DNA from: Candidatus Heimdallarchaeota archaeon
Lineage (GTDB): Archaea > Asgardarchaeota > Heimdallarchaeia > Heimdallarchaeales > Kariarchaeaceae
Assembly: GCA_030149205.1 (NCBI GenBank)
Contig: JASBSB010000003.1
Location: 90,001-122,000, forward strand
Length of the DNA stretch: 32,000 bases
Direction of reading: 5' to 3'
A program made the translations under genes and the position numbers. This document shows, in pieces, positions 8,454 to 16,870 of the stretch. The stretch's first letter is position 1. Each line of letters begins with the position of its first letter. The notes under the pieces are model-generated. The model searched no databases. It saw only the letters and a list, made by a program, of their open reading frames with translations, and was not told the origin of the DNA.

Positions 8454-10755
8454 GGGATGGATATACGCGATCTATTTTAAAGGAGAAAAAACCTTTGTCT
8501 GGGTCAAGACACAGGAACATAAGACAGTCATGCTTCGTCTAAATTACACCCCATTGATCTATGCGAAACATGACAAATCTCCTGATATCTACCATGAGGA
8601 CATTGTGGGAGAAACCACGGTTAAAAGAAGGATAAACAGCACAGACAAGAAGGTATATCCTGTTTTCAAGATAAGTACAAGGTCTCCAAAACATTTTCAG
8701 GGGGTAAGAAAATATCTGTTGGCCAACAATTTTGAGCTTTTTAACAGTGATTTGAATATGAGACAGAAGTTTTTCTTAGACACTGAATCTGCTCCATTCC
8801 TGTATTCCAGAATCACTGTAGATATTGATGAGACATTTACCATTGAAGTATTAGAGAAACCCGGAACGTCACTATCGAGATTACCTGACTTTTCATTTCT
8901 GAAGTTAACACCAAAAATTAAATCTCCACCAACAAGATTTCCAACAATGGATGATACACTTGAAGAGATGGAGCTTCAATTTAGCACCAGTCATGATACA
9001 GACCTGTTGATAGAAAGTATTGATACCTCCCCTCTAAATACGGCACTACGAATTAACGAAACACATCCATCACCAGCTTCAATTGAACATTTCAGGTTGA
9101 TCGGGACTGAACAGGATATTCTTGAGAGACTTTTTCAGTTGTTACAAGATTTGGACCCGGATTTTTTGTTAGTTAAAAATGGAGACAACTTTAACGTCCC
9201 CTTTCTCTATCACAGAGCAAAGGAAAATCAGTTGGAGGATTTTTATCTTGGAAGGATCCCCTCAAAAGTCTACAAAACAGGAAATGGGCAGAGTTTTGTG
9301 ACGTATGGGGCAATTCAGTACAAGTCTGCACCGCTGTATCTTCCCGGCAGAGTCTATATTGATGTGAAGAATTCATTTTTTGTCGGTGAATCTGGCTTGT
9401 GGGGGGTATTAGAGCTATCAAGAATGTCCGGTGTTCCTGCAGATCGTTGTGCCAGAAACTCTATAGGGACTGTGCTAACTGCCATTGAATGCCGTGTGGC
9501 AAATGAATCTCATCCACAGATACTCATACCCGAAGGGAAGGCAAGATCAGAGCAGTTCAAAGAATCATTGCAGCTTTTGTCAAGTGATAGTGGGGGACTC
9601 ACCTATCCTGCAACACCAGGTATCTACGATCAGGTTTGGGGAATTGATTTCACATCACTGTATCCCTCAATCATGATGAAACACAACATTGGAAACGAGA
9701 CTGTATTGTGTGATTGTTGCTCACAAACATCAGATATCACAGTCCCAGAAACCGCATATCACATCTGTCAAAAACAGACAGGGATTGTGCCAGAGGCAAT
9801 GAGAGTGATTCTCAGGAGACGGATGGAAAACAAGTTCCTTAAGCTTCAAAACATTCGACACAGACGTGCAATCAAAGGCAGTGATTCTGCACTTAAATGG
9901 ATATTGGTGGCATGTTTCGGATATTTAGGCTTCAAAAACTCTAGATGGGGAAGTATTGAATCACACCAAGCAGTCACTGCCTATGCAAGACATTACCTGA
10001 TTTTTGCCAAAACAATCTGTGAGAGGGAGGGCTATCGAGTTGTTGCTGGGCTAACTGATTCATTGTTCATTCAGGCGGTTGATCCGCAAAAAAACTCCAT
10101 TACAGAGGTCGAAAAGTTGGTTTATCTGATTTCAAAAGAGACTGGATTCTCAGTTTCTATTGATGGGTGCTTCAACTGGATTGTGTTTTGCCACATCAAA
10201 AATTTTTCAAATATAGCTGCCCTCACAAGATACTTTGGGGCATATGACAGTGGAAAGTATAAGATTCGTGGAATTGAAAGCAGAAAAAGGTCAACTGCAA
10301 AATTCATAGCTGAATTTCAGGAAGAGTTATTGACGCTGTTCCTACAGGCAAAAGACAAAAAACAGTTTATTCATCTCATACCCACAGCAGAAAAGATATT
10401 GGATCAATGGATCAAAGAGCTGTATGCGTGGAAGATACCTACCAAAAAGCTGTATGTGAGATACAGAAGTGGAAAAGGAGCGAGGGGGTACAAATTTAAA
10501 ACCTTACAGGCTCTTGCAGCAGAAAGGTACAACCTTTTGGGAAGAGTGATTGAGCCTGGGCAAAACATGAAATTCATAGTTGTAAACAATTTGAGCAAAT
10601 CAACACAAAGCATAAGGATTGAAGACGAGGAGATAAAAACCATCGACTTTCAATGGTATGAAAAACTGTTAAAAAATGCATATCTTGATCTTGTTGAGAC
10701 AGTGATAAATCAAGAGAAGTCATTTGTAATACAGTCAAGCCTACTAAATTTCTAA
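8431..10755 (+). CDS. polB2: Family B DNA polymerase, archaeal PolB2 clade, degenerate proofreading exonuclease
   Basis: Motif A DFTSLYPS, motif B KWILVACFGYLG, motif C AGLTDS (first Asp of DTDS lost), Cys-rich insert CDCC...VPETAYHIC, YKIRGIESR; ExoII reads NGDNFN rather than NxxxFD. Alternative ATG at 8440. Confidence 0.88.
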   Translation: MRAMKKIEGWIYAIYFKGEKTFVWVKTQEHKTVMLRLNYTPLIYAKHDKSPDIYHEDIVGETTVKRRINSTDKKVYPVFKISTRSPKHFQGVRKYLLANNFELFNSDLNMRQKFFLDTESAPFLYSRITVDIDETFTIEVLEKPGTSLSRLPDFSFLKLTPKIKSPPTRFPTMDDTLEEMELQFSTSHDTDLLIESIDTSPLNTALRINETHPSPASIEHFRLIGTEQDILERLFQLLQDLDPDFLLVKNGDNFNVPFLYHRAKENQLEDFYLGRIPSKVYKTGNGQSFVTYGAIQYKSAPLYLPGRVYIDVKNSFFVGESGLWGVLELSRMSGVPADRCARNSIGTVLTAIECRVANESHPQILIPEGKARSEQFKESLQLLSSDSGGLTYPATPGIYDQVWGIDFTSLYPSIMMKHNIGNETVLCDCCSQTSDITVPETAYHICQKQTGIVPEAMRVILRRRMENKFLKLQNIRHRRAIKGSDSALKWILVACFGYLGFKNSRWGSIESHQAVTAYARHYLIFAKTICEREGYRVVAGLTDSLFIQAVDPQKNSITEVEKLVYLISKETGFSVSIDGCFNWIVFCHIKNFSNIAALTRYFGAYDSGKYKIRGIESRKRSTAKFIAEFQEELLTLFLQAKDKKQFIHLIPTAEKILDQWIKELYAWKIPTKKLYVRYRSGKGARGYKFKTLQALAAERYNLLGRVIEPGQNMKFIVVNNLSKSTQSIRIEDEEIKTIDFQWYEKLLKNAYLDLVETVINQEKSFVIQSSLLNF

Positions 10756-10837
10756 AATTTTGTACGGAAAATCGCTTGATATTCTTGGTTATGCTAAAAG
10801 ATTTTAAAAGTAGGAGGAAGATATATCGTGAGGAAAA

Positions 10838-11548
10838 TTGCAGCGCTGTAATATATGTGGGGAAGAACAAGAGGAAAACGCGAAATTTTGTCAGAAATGT
10901 GGAAATAAATTAGAAGTAACAACGACTAAAAATACAAGCATTCAATCAGTTGCGTCAAAGGAAATTGATAAAGAAACAACAAAGGAAACAGAGCCAAAAA
11001 CCTATTTAAAAAATCAACAAAAAGTTCATGCACAAACAAATCAAAATCAGAATGTTTTCAACCCTATGTTGGAATATAAAGAGGGAAAAAGTGGTGCATA
11101 TTACTTAAATTTACCATCTGCATTGAGAATTGCAGTGCTAGGAGAGATTATCATAGGGTTTTTAGATATTGCAGGAAGTTTAATAATGTTAACGTTGTAT
11201 TTAGCATTAACACAGGTACTAAAAACACAGATAAACTTACCAGGAGTTGATTTTGTACGAACTTCTTTTACTGTGATTGTTGTCGTTACTATAATTATCT
11301 CAGGTCTAAGGTTTTACAACAAAAAGTCCAAACTAAGGTATAACATCTATTTAACAACTATTGGAGGATATTTGCTCATGAAACTAGTTTTTACGATAAT
11401 TGATCAGAACATCTTTGAACTAATCAACTTTTTAATAGCATTCTCCTTGTTTAATCTTATTGTTGTGATTACAGCAGATACTAGGGATTGGTTTGAAATG
11501 AGAAAAAAATTGGATGTTGGTTCTGTGAAGGGTCAGACAAGATATTAA
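10838..11548 (+). CDS. Zinc-ribbon-containing membrane protein
   Basis: N-terminal CNIC-x10-CQKC, polar Q/N/T/E linker, about 4 C-terminal TM helices. Confidence 0.75.
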   Translation: MQRCNICGEEQEENAKFCQKCGNKLEVTTTKNTSIQSVASKEIDKETTKETEPKTYLKNQQKVHAQTNQNQNVFNPMLEYKEGKSGAYYLNLPSALRIAVLGEIIIGFLDIAGSLIMLTLYLALTQVLKTQINLPGVDFVRTSFTVIVVVTIIISGLRFYNKKSKLRYNIYLTTIGGYLLMKLVFTIIDQNIFELINFLIAFSLFNLIVVITADTRDWFEMRKKLDVGSVKGQTRY

Positions 11549-11583
11549 ACCCAGTAACAATATTATTTTGAGATTAGACTGAA

Positions 11584-12516
11584 ATGAGGTTTGAGGAGGA
11601 TTTTCGAAAAATCAACATATTGGTTTCAACCTTTTATCAGCTAATTAAACACGAAACTAACCTAAATGCTATTTTGAAGATTCTTTCAGCCCAATTACTA
11701 GATTATGAATTTCGCAGGGTTAATCAAACATTTATCTACCAAAGATACCGAACAAAAATCAGAGATAAAAAGATTAGCAGAGTTATTAATGGATACGCAG
11801 TGGGAATAAAGGTTCTTTATAGATTTTTTGAGGAAAATAAGAATCTCCCCCTCCAATTGGCCTATGTATGTAATTCTTGTGGAGAACTGTTTGAAACAGA
11901 CTATACAATTGAAGATGTCAAACTGCCTAGCTTGGAGGGTACAGGATTGCTTTTAACAATTGAATCAAAAAATTTTGTATTTGATCTAACAAAATACAAG
12001 AGAGCACCTACCTATTCGAATTTCCTGGGAAATGATGAATTGTTTCTATTGCTGCTCTCAAAATCAACAGTAATCATTTCCTATTACAGGAAGGATGATA
12101 GTGACGTTCACAATTTATTTAGGTTTAAGAATCTTGGTGAGACTAAGACGGTTGATCAGAATGTGAGCGGAGTGGGAGCTACAAATGTAAACAGGCAAGA
12201 AAAAACAATAATAAACCAGAAAAAAGTTGTAAAACCGTCTATATTTGAAGAGATCGAGGCCAAACAACAGATCTTAAAAGAAAAATTGTCTATACAGCTT
12301 AGAAATGGGAAATATGCTGGAGAAAGCTTTTATTCATTAATAGGATCTAAACCAAGGTATATTATTCAACTGCTGGAGGAGGAAGATCCAACAGAGGAAC
12401 TAAGTGATTATATTTCAGATGTAATAAAATTAGGTGTAGAAATTAATTTTGATGGTTTTCCAGAGCTTTTGGAGCTAAGAAGTCTTCTAAGAGAACATGG
12501 CTTGAGCGGGAATTGA
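11584..12516 (+). CDS. Hypothetical protein (single CxxC; C-terminal GKYAG..L...P.YI motif)
   Basis: 310-aa open frame; stop codon lies inside the antisense tRNA-His T-loop. Confidence 0.7.
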   Translation: MRFEEDFRKINILVSTFYQLIKHETNLNAILKILSAQLLDYEFRRVNQTFIYQRYRTKIRDKKISRVINGYAVGIKVLYRFFEENKNLPLQLAYVCNSCGELFETDYTIEDVKLPSLEGTGLLLTIESKNFVFDLTKYKRAPTYSNFLGNDELFLLLLSKSTVIISYYRKDDSDVHNLFRFKNLGETKTVDQNVSGVGATNVNRQEKTIINQKKVVKPSIFEEIEAKQQILKEKLSIQLRNGKYAGESFYSLIGSKPRYIIQLLEEEDPTEELSDYISDVIKLGVEINFDGFPELLELRSLLREHGLSGN

Positions 12517-12580
12517 ACCCACGACTAGAGAGATTTGCAGACTTCCACAATCTCTTATGTTACCCCTACACTATCAAGCC
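12498..12580 (-). tRNA. tRNA-His(GUG) with a 12-nt intron at canonical position 37/38
   Basis: Minus strand: GGCTTGA TA GTGT AGGGGTA ACAT A AGAGA TTGTGG [AAGTCTGCAAAT] C TCTCT AGTC GTGGG TTCAATT CCCGC TCAAGCC A. All four stems pair (7-bp acceptor, 4-bp D, 5-bp anticodon, 5-bp T); spliced loop UU-GUG-GC; CCA not encoded. Confidence 0.9.
12533..12544 (-). other. tRNA intron (12 nt) with a bulge-helix-loop splicing motif
   Basis: U32-U33-G34-U35 pairs with intron GCAA (4-bp central helix); the 3' splice site sits in a 3-nt bulge A-U/C38; the 5' site G36-G37/A is in a loop. Confidence 0.8.
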
Positions 12581-12606
12581 TATTAATATCAACAACACAA
12601 TGTAGA

Positions 12607-12616
12607 TTTAAATAAA
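12607..12616 (-). promoter_or_regulatory. TATA-like element upstream of tRNA-His
   Basis: TTTATTTAAA on the minus strand, 27-36 nt upstream of the tRNA 5' end. Confidence 0.35.
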
Positions 12617-12775
12617 TTATGAAAGAATCCTAACTAATAAAGTCGAAAGCTTAGGAGATTGTAAATTAATCAGTTGAATATATTTTTGTATTTTGTTTAT
12701 TTAAATTGCATGTTTCGAAGTTTTCATTAATAGAACAAATTGAATAGAAATAAGGAACGAAAGAGGTAGAATTGA

Positions 12776-13993
12776 TTGGAATTAGTAAGTGATATATCGA
12801 GTTCTTATGAGTTAAAATCTGGAGAAATCCTCTTAGTTTCTTTAGCGCAGTTTGCTGTTGGGGGAGTTTCTGTGGTGTATCAAAGTTTTGTCAATAGTCA
12901 GATGGCCTTTTCTGGATGGACTCCTGAAACAATAACTTATTTTTTTGGATTTGCGGTTTATTTTGAGGTGTTAAGGGTTGCTGCGGGGTATTTCAGTGAT
13001 AAATATAAAAACATAAAAACATTTTTTCTGGTTGCTTTTGTAATATCACTGACGTCAATTATTTCGATTTCATATGTCTTATCACCTCCCAACAACCTCT
13101 TGCTACTTTTATTCTTAATTTTGTTCTCAATCGGTTCTGCTGTGATGAGCACACTCATAGACAGTTATGTAACTATGGCTTCATCACCCCAAACTCGAAA
13201 CAAGGTCGCAGGAGTAATTCAGTTTGCCAGATTATCTGGATTTGCCTTTGGTGGGATATCAGGTTTCATTTTATATCCAATGTTAGACTTTAACACCTTT
13301 ATGTCGGTCTATTTTGTTATCTATTTGGTCTTCGGGTTTGGAACTTTTATCCAGATTAACAATGACGTTGTTGTGAAGTCCACCCGATCAGTCTCATTTT
13401 CAAATATCGGACAATTGCTAGGGAAGAAAAATGTACAACTCATTTTATTATTTCTGATCTTGTATCCGATAGGGCTGTTTATGCAGGACAACATTCTTGA
13501 ACCTTTTGCAATTTTAAGTTTAGGGTTTTCAAAAGAGGGAGTTGGCAGATTGTCTGCAATCTGGACAACATTAACCCTGATCTTCGTCCCTGTAGGTATC
13601 AAACTTGGTAATAAATTTGGGAAGAAAAAAACCATCTATTTTGGTGAAATTTTTTCAGCTATGGGGTTAGTCCTGATCGGATTGTCATCTTCACTTAAAT
13701 CAGGAAGTTTGCTCTATCTAGGGTTGGTGCTTTTTGGTGTTGGAGCGGGAATCTATAGTGTACCTGGAATAGCGCTTATGTTTGACATAAGTAATGCTCA
13801 ATTTGAGGGGATATCTTTTTTGCTTGCCATCTTCGGGATGGTCGTAACTATCTCTCGTGGAACTTCAGGTATAATTGCAGGATTTTTACTTGGTATATTT
13901 AATAGTTACAGCCTAGTATTTTATCTTGAAGCCTTTATTGCTGTATTGTCAATTTTGCCAATTTATCTGATATCCAATAATCTCCAAGAATAA
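12776..13993 (+). CDS. MFS transporter, BCD/PucC-like family
   Basis: About 12 TM segments; LRVAAGYFSDKY and LFMQDNILEPFA..LG resemble the PucC/LhaA G..SD and QD.ILEPYG motifs. Confidence 0.72.
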   Translation: MELVSDISSSYELKSGEILLVSLAQFAVGGVSVVYQSFVNSQMAFSGWTPETITYFFGFAVYFEVLRVAAGYFSDKYKNIKTFFLVAFVISLTSIISISYVLSPPNNLLLLLFLILFSIGSAVMSTLIDSYVTMASSPQTRNKVAGVIQFARLSGFAFGGISGFILYPMLDFNTFMSVYFVIYLVFGFGTFIQINNDVVVKSTRSVSFSNIGQLLGKKNVQLILLFLILYPIGLFMQDNILEPFAILSLGFSKEGVGRLSAIWTTLTLIFVPVGIKLGNKFGKKKTIYFGEIFSAMGLVLIGLSSSLKSGSLLYLGLVLFGVGAGIYSVPGIALMFDISNAQFEGISFLLAIFGMVVTISRGTSGIIAGFLLGIFNSYSLVFYLEAFIAVLSILPIYLISNNLQE

Positions 13994-14041
13994 ATTCTTC
14001 TATCAGAATATATAAGAAGTTAGACGAGAAAAATAAATTAT

Positions 14042-14407
14042 ATGGTTGAGTTATCACTTTCATTCTCTGCACCGACCAAGAATGAATTTACAATCACAGA
14101 AAATGCAACAAATCAGATTATGAAACTCCTCAAGTTGGAGAACTTAAGCAATTATGCCTTTAGAGTTAAAGTAACACCAGGAGGTTGTGCAGGATTTCTT
14201 TACGATTTCGAATGGATCAATGAAAATGATCTTACTGATCAATTGGTATTTGAAAATGATGGAGTAAAGGTCGTAATAGGTCAAGCAGATATGCGATTAA
14301 TAAACGGTAGCACTTTAGACTTTATAGAAACCCTTGCTGCAAGTAAATTCGAAATTATCAACCCCAATGCTCAAGCGACATGCGGTTGTGGTAAGAGTTT
14401 TGCATAA
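14042..14407 (+). CDS. A-type Fe-S cluster carrier (IscA/HesB/ErpA family)
   Basis: GGCAGFLY, GSTLDF and C-terminal NPNAQATCGCGKSF with three conserved Cys. Confidence 0.95.
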   Translation: MVELSLSFSAPTKNEFTITENATNQIMKLLKLENLSNYAFRVKVTPGGCAGFLYDFEWINENDLTDQLVFENDGVKVVIGQADMRLINGSTLDFIETLAASKFEIINPNAQATCGCGKSFA

Positions 14408-14457
14408 TTGAGAACCCTATCGAGCTGTTTTTATAAATTAGTGAGGAGAAAATCTTA

Positions 14458-14637
14458 ATGAGTACAAACATTAAGTTGGAAACGTGTTATACTTGTAACA
14501 AAGAGATAAGTCCCACAGTTAAAGGAAGTACTAAATTTGATTGCCCTAACTGTGGAACTAAAATAATTAGATGTCATACCTGCAGAAGACTTGGAAACAG
14601 GTACAAATGTATCAATTGTGAATTTGTTGGACCCTGA
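14458..14637 (+). CDS. HVO_2753-like (DUF1610) double zinc-finger small protein, 59 aa; not in the ORF track
   Basis: MSTNIKLETCYTCNKEISPTVKGSTKFDCPNCGTKIIRCHTCRRLGNRYKCINCEFVGP: four CxxC motifs ending in F.GP; GAGGAG upstream; sits directly before EF-1beta as in many archaea. Confidence 0.92.
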   Translation: MSTNIKLETCYTCNKEISPTVKGSTKFDCPNCGTKIIRCHTCRRLGNRYKCINCEFVGP

Positions 14638-14647
14638 GGTGTAAAGT

Positions 14648-14926
14648 ATGGGCGAAGTAATGGTTCAATATGACATAAAAGGCAAATCACCAGACACTGA
14701 TATGGATAAAGTAGCAGAGAAAGTCAGAGAGAAATTACCTTCTTTAGATACCAGATTTAAAATGCAGTTGGGAGTTGAAATAAAACCATTGTTTTTTGGT
14801 ATCAAAGCAGCAGTGGCTCAGTTCATTCTTCCAGAGGAAGATGGAGTACAAGATAAACTCGAAGAGTGGTTGTTGAAACAAGAAGGCGTAGCAGACATCG
14901 AATTATCGTTTACTACTAGACTGTAA
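14648..14926 (+). CDS. ef1b: Archaeal translation elongation factor 1-beta
   Basis: MGEV start, PLFFGIKA motif, EGVADIE; 92 aa; GAGGTG SD-like sequence; synteny with the Zn finger. Confidence 0.9.
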   Translation: MGEVMVQYDIKGKSPDTDMDKVAEKVREKLPSLDTRFKMQLGVEIKPLFFGIKAAVAQFILPEEDGVQDKLEEWLLKQEGVADIELSFTTRL

Positions 14927-14986
14927 TAATTCAGAATATGATGATATTAAAAGAGAACTTAATAAAAAACAAAATGAAAGATAACT

Positions 14987-16870
14987 GTGTTTAATTGGAA
15001 CCATTGGTTTTATGTAAAATATAATAAAGATGACACTTTAAATTTTAATCAAATAGTTCCATTACTCCCGGAAGTCAGCAATGAAGAGGTTAGAAATCAC
15101 AAAGAATCAATAGAACTCCTTTTAGAACAATCAGATCAAATTATGGAGTTAAACTTAATTGATGAAAAAAACTTCTTAGGTCCATTTCAATTTGAAAACA
15201 TCGCATTGTTTCGTTCAAAGGAACCCAATTCGACCCAAGTTTTGGTATCTTTTGATTATGACACCCACGACTATTGGGTTCCCAAAACCTATTTTCATAA
15301 TAATTTAATAGGGAATTTTAAAGGTTACAAAGAACTTGAACAAGCTAGGTATGAAAAACTAAATATCATAGCCTCACCGTCATTTAGAGATACACAGAAT
15401 CCCATCACAGACCTTCTGGAAACAGAGCCCAGGACAAAGTTTATTCCTCTAGAATTAGATACCGCTGTGACTAATGAGAACAGTAAATCTGAATTAGAAG
15501 AATTTGTAAATCTTCTGGACTTATATTATGAACGCTTGAGAATCTCAAAAGGGGAGTATTCAACATTGAAATTCCTTAGGACTACACTTGACCAAGTAAA
15601 AAAAAAGATAGAAGAACAAAACAATGAGGGGGAAATCTACCTAGTTTTGTTAAACTTGTTTGATGCTCTTACCTTTCTTCATTTTTCACCTAGTCATCGA
15701 ATCAAAATATGTCAAACTATTAAACTTATTTTGAATACGTGTCAAGGCTATCTTTCGGAAACGACAAACTATGTATTTCAATTGTATTATGCAATTTTCA
15801 GTAACACCAGTATTGAACTGAGAGAAGATCTTGTGGAAAATTTACCTGTTTCACTTCATCTGATGTTAGATCTATTTTCAGAAAAAACACACACCCTGGA
15901 GTCATTACTCAATTTAACTGAAAGATATGTGAGTTCAGAGGTTTATTATAGAGGATATCCACTATTGAACGAATTAATTGGAAATCATTATTTTGACCTA
16001 GAAGATTTTGAAAAAGCTCAAACCTATTATTCCTTAGCAAAGAGCTATCTTATATTTCAGCAGAGTAATTCTTCTAAAAAAATGCTTTTAGACTCTTTAA
16101 TTGTCAATTCTATGGAAAAAACCATAGTCCAAATTCACCATGCAGCTCTGTATGCATTAAACACACTCAAATTAGAGGAGGCCAAACGATTTAGCTGGAC
16201 AGGTTTACTTAAAGTCTTGGAGTTGTTTGAAAAGGCATCCCAAACCGAGAACCTCAACTTAATTTCGGTGAATGATCTATTTGAGACCTTGAGACTATTT
16301 AAGAGAATCCTGGTTCTTGAAGAAAATGAAATGACCCCAGTGATTGATCTCAAAATAACATTGTTGATTGAGGAGTTAAGTGAAATATTTGAAAAACAAA
16401 CTTTAACTCTGAATACAGACTTTTTCGAGATGCATAGGGAGTCACTTAGTTTCATTGTTCCCAGAAGTCCCATTCAGTTTTTGTTTTTAACCACCGATGG
16501 TCGATTGTTATTTAATATAGTTGGATCACACCCCCCAACTCTGGTCAACGATTCTAAAAGCCATCTATTAGCAGGAGTGTTGACTGCAGTCAGAAGCATA
16601 TTTTTGGAAACAAGTTTTGGCGCGGACTCTTCATTACATGAGATCAATGCTGGAGAAAATATTCTCTTTATAGATGCTCTGGAGGGTGTCGTGGTTGTGG
16701 CATCAAATAACGTTATGAATGATAACCTGCGAAGCTTTGTTAGAAGTTTAACAAAAAATATCATGGTGAATTTTGGTAAGATACTGAACGATTGGGACGG
16801 TTCATTAGATTCAATCAGTATGGTTCAAAAATTCGCACTTTCAAGTATTGAGGAATTTATTAATGAATAA
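14987..16870 (+). CDS. Helical/TPR-like protein with a C-terminal longin/roadblock-like domain
   Basis: TPR-like LIGNHYFDLEDFEKAQTYY; C-terminal FLFLTTDGRLLF...LLAGVLTAVRSIF...LHEINAGENILFI...VVVVAS...WDG pattern. Confidence 0.6.
   Translation: MFNWNHWFYVKYNKDDTLNFNQIVPLLPEVSNEEVRNHKESIELLLEQSDQIMELNLIDEKNFLGPFQFENIALFRSKEPNSTQVLVSFDYDTHDYWVPKTYFHNNLIGNFKGYKELEQARYEKLNIIASPSFRDTQNPITDLLETEPRTKFIPLELDTAVTNENSKSELEEFVNLLDLYYERLRISKGEYSTLKFLRTTLDQVKKKIEEQNNEGEIYLVLLNLFDALTFLHFSPSHRIKICQTIKLILNTCQGYLSETTNYVFQLYYAIFSNTSIELREDLVENLPVSLHLMLDLFSEKTHTLESLLNLTERYVSSEVYYRGYPLLNELIGNHYFDLEDFEKAQTYYSLAKSYLIFQQSNSSKKMLLDSLIVNSMEKTIVQIHHAALYALNTLKLEEAKRFSWTGLLKVLELFEKASQTENLNLISVNDLFETLRLFKRILVLEENEMTPVIDLKITLLIEELSEIFEKQTLTLNTDFFEMHRESLSFIVPRSPIQFLFLTTDGRLLFNIVGSHPPTLVNDSKSHLLAGVLTAVRSIFLETSFGADSSLHEINAGENILFIDALEGVVVVASNNVMNDNLRSFVRSLTKNIMVNFGKILNDWDGSLDSISMVQKFALSSIEEFINE

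Noticed and set aside
8431-10755. PolB as the main replicative polymerase, or as a fully dead enzyme
   Set aside because: Degenerate exonuclease and the GLTDS/KWIL motifs indicate PolB2, not PolB1/B3, but the two essential polymerase aspartates appear to be retained
12534-12550. The unspliced loop contains a second anticodon-loop-like heptamer CU-GCA-AA (Cys) next to UU-GUG-GA (His), suggesting a tRNA-Cys call or dual-identity alternative splicing
   Set aside because: Removing the His heptamer needs an intron at 31/32 with no BHB/BHL pairing and leaves a 6-nt variable region; the discriminator is A rather than the U73 typical of Cys. The His reading gives a proper splicing motif.
8217-12580. 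polB2 region as an integrated element anchored at tRNA-His
   Set aside because: No integrase, no second copy of the tRNA 3' end seen in the window, and no viral or plasmid hallmark genes; PolB2 is normally chromosomal
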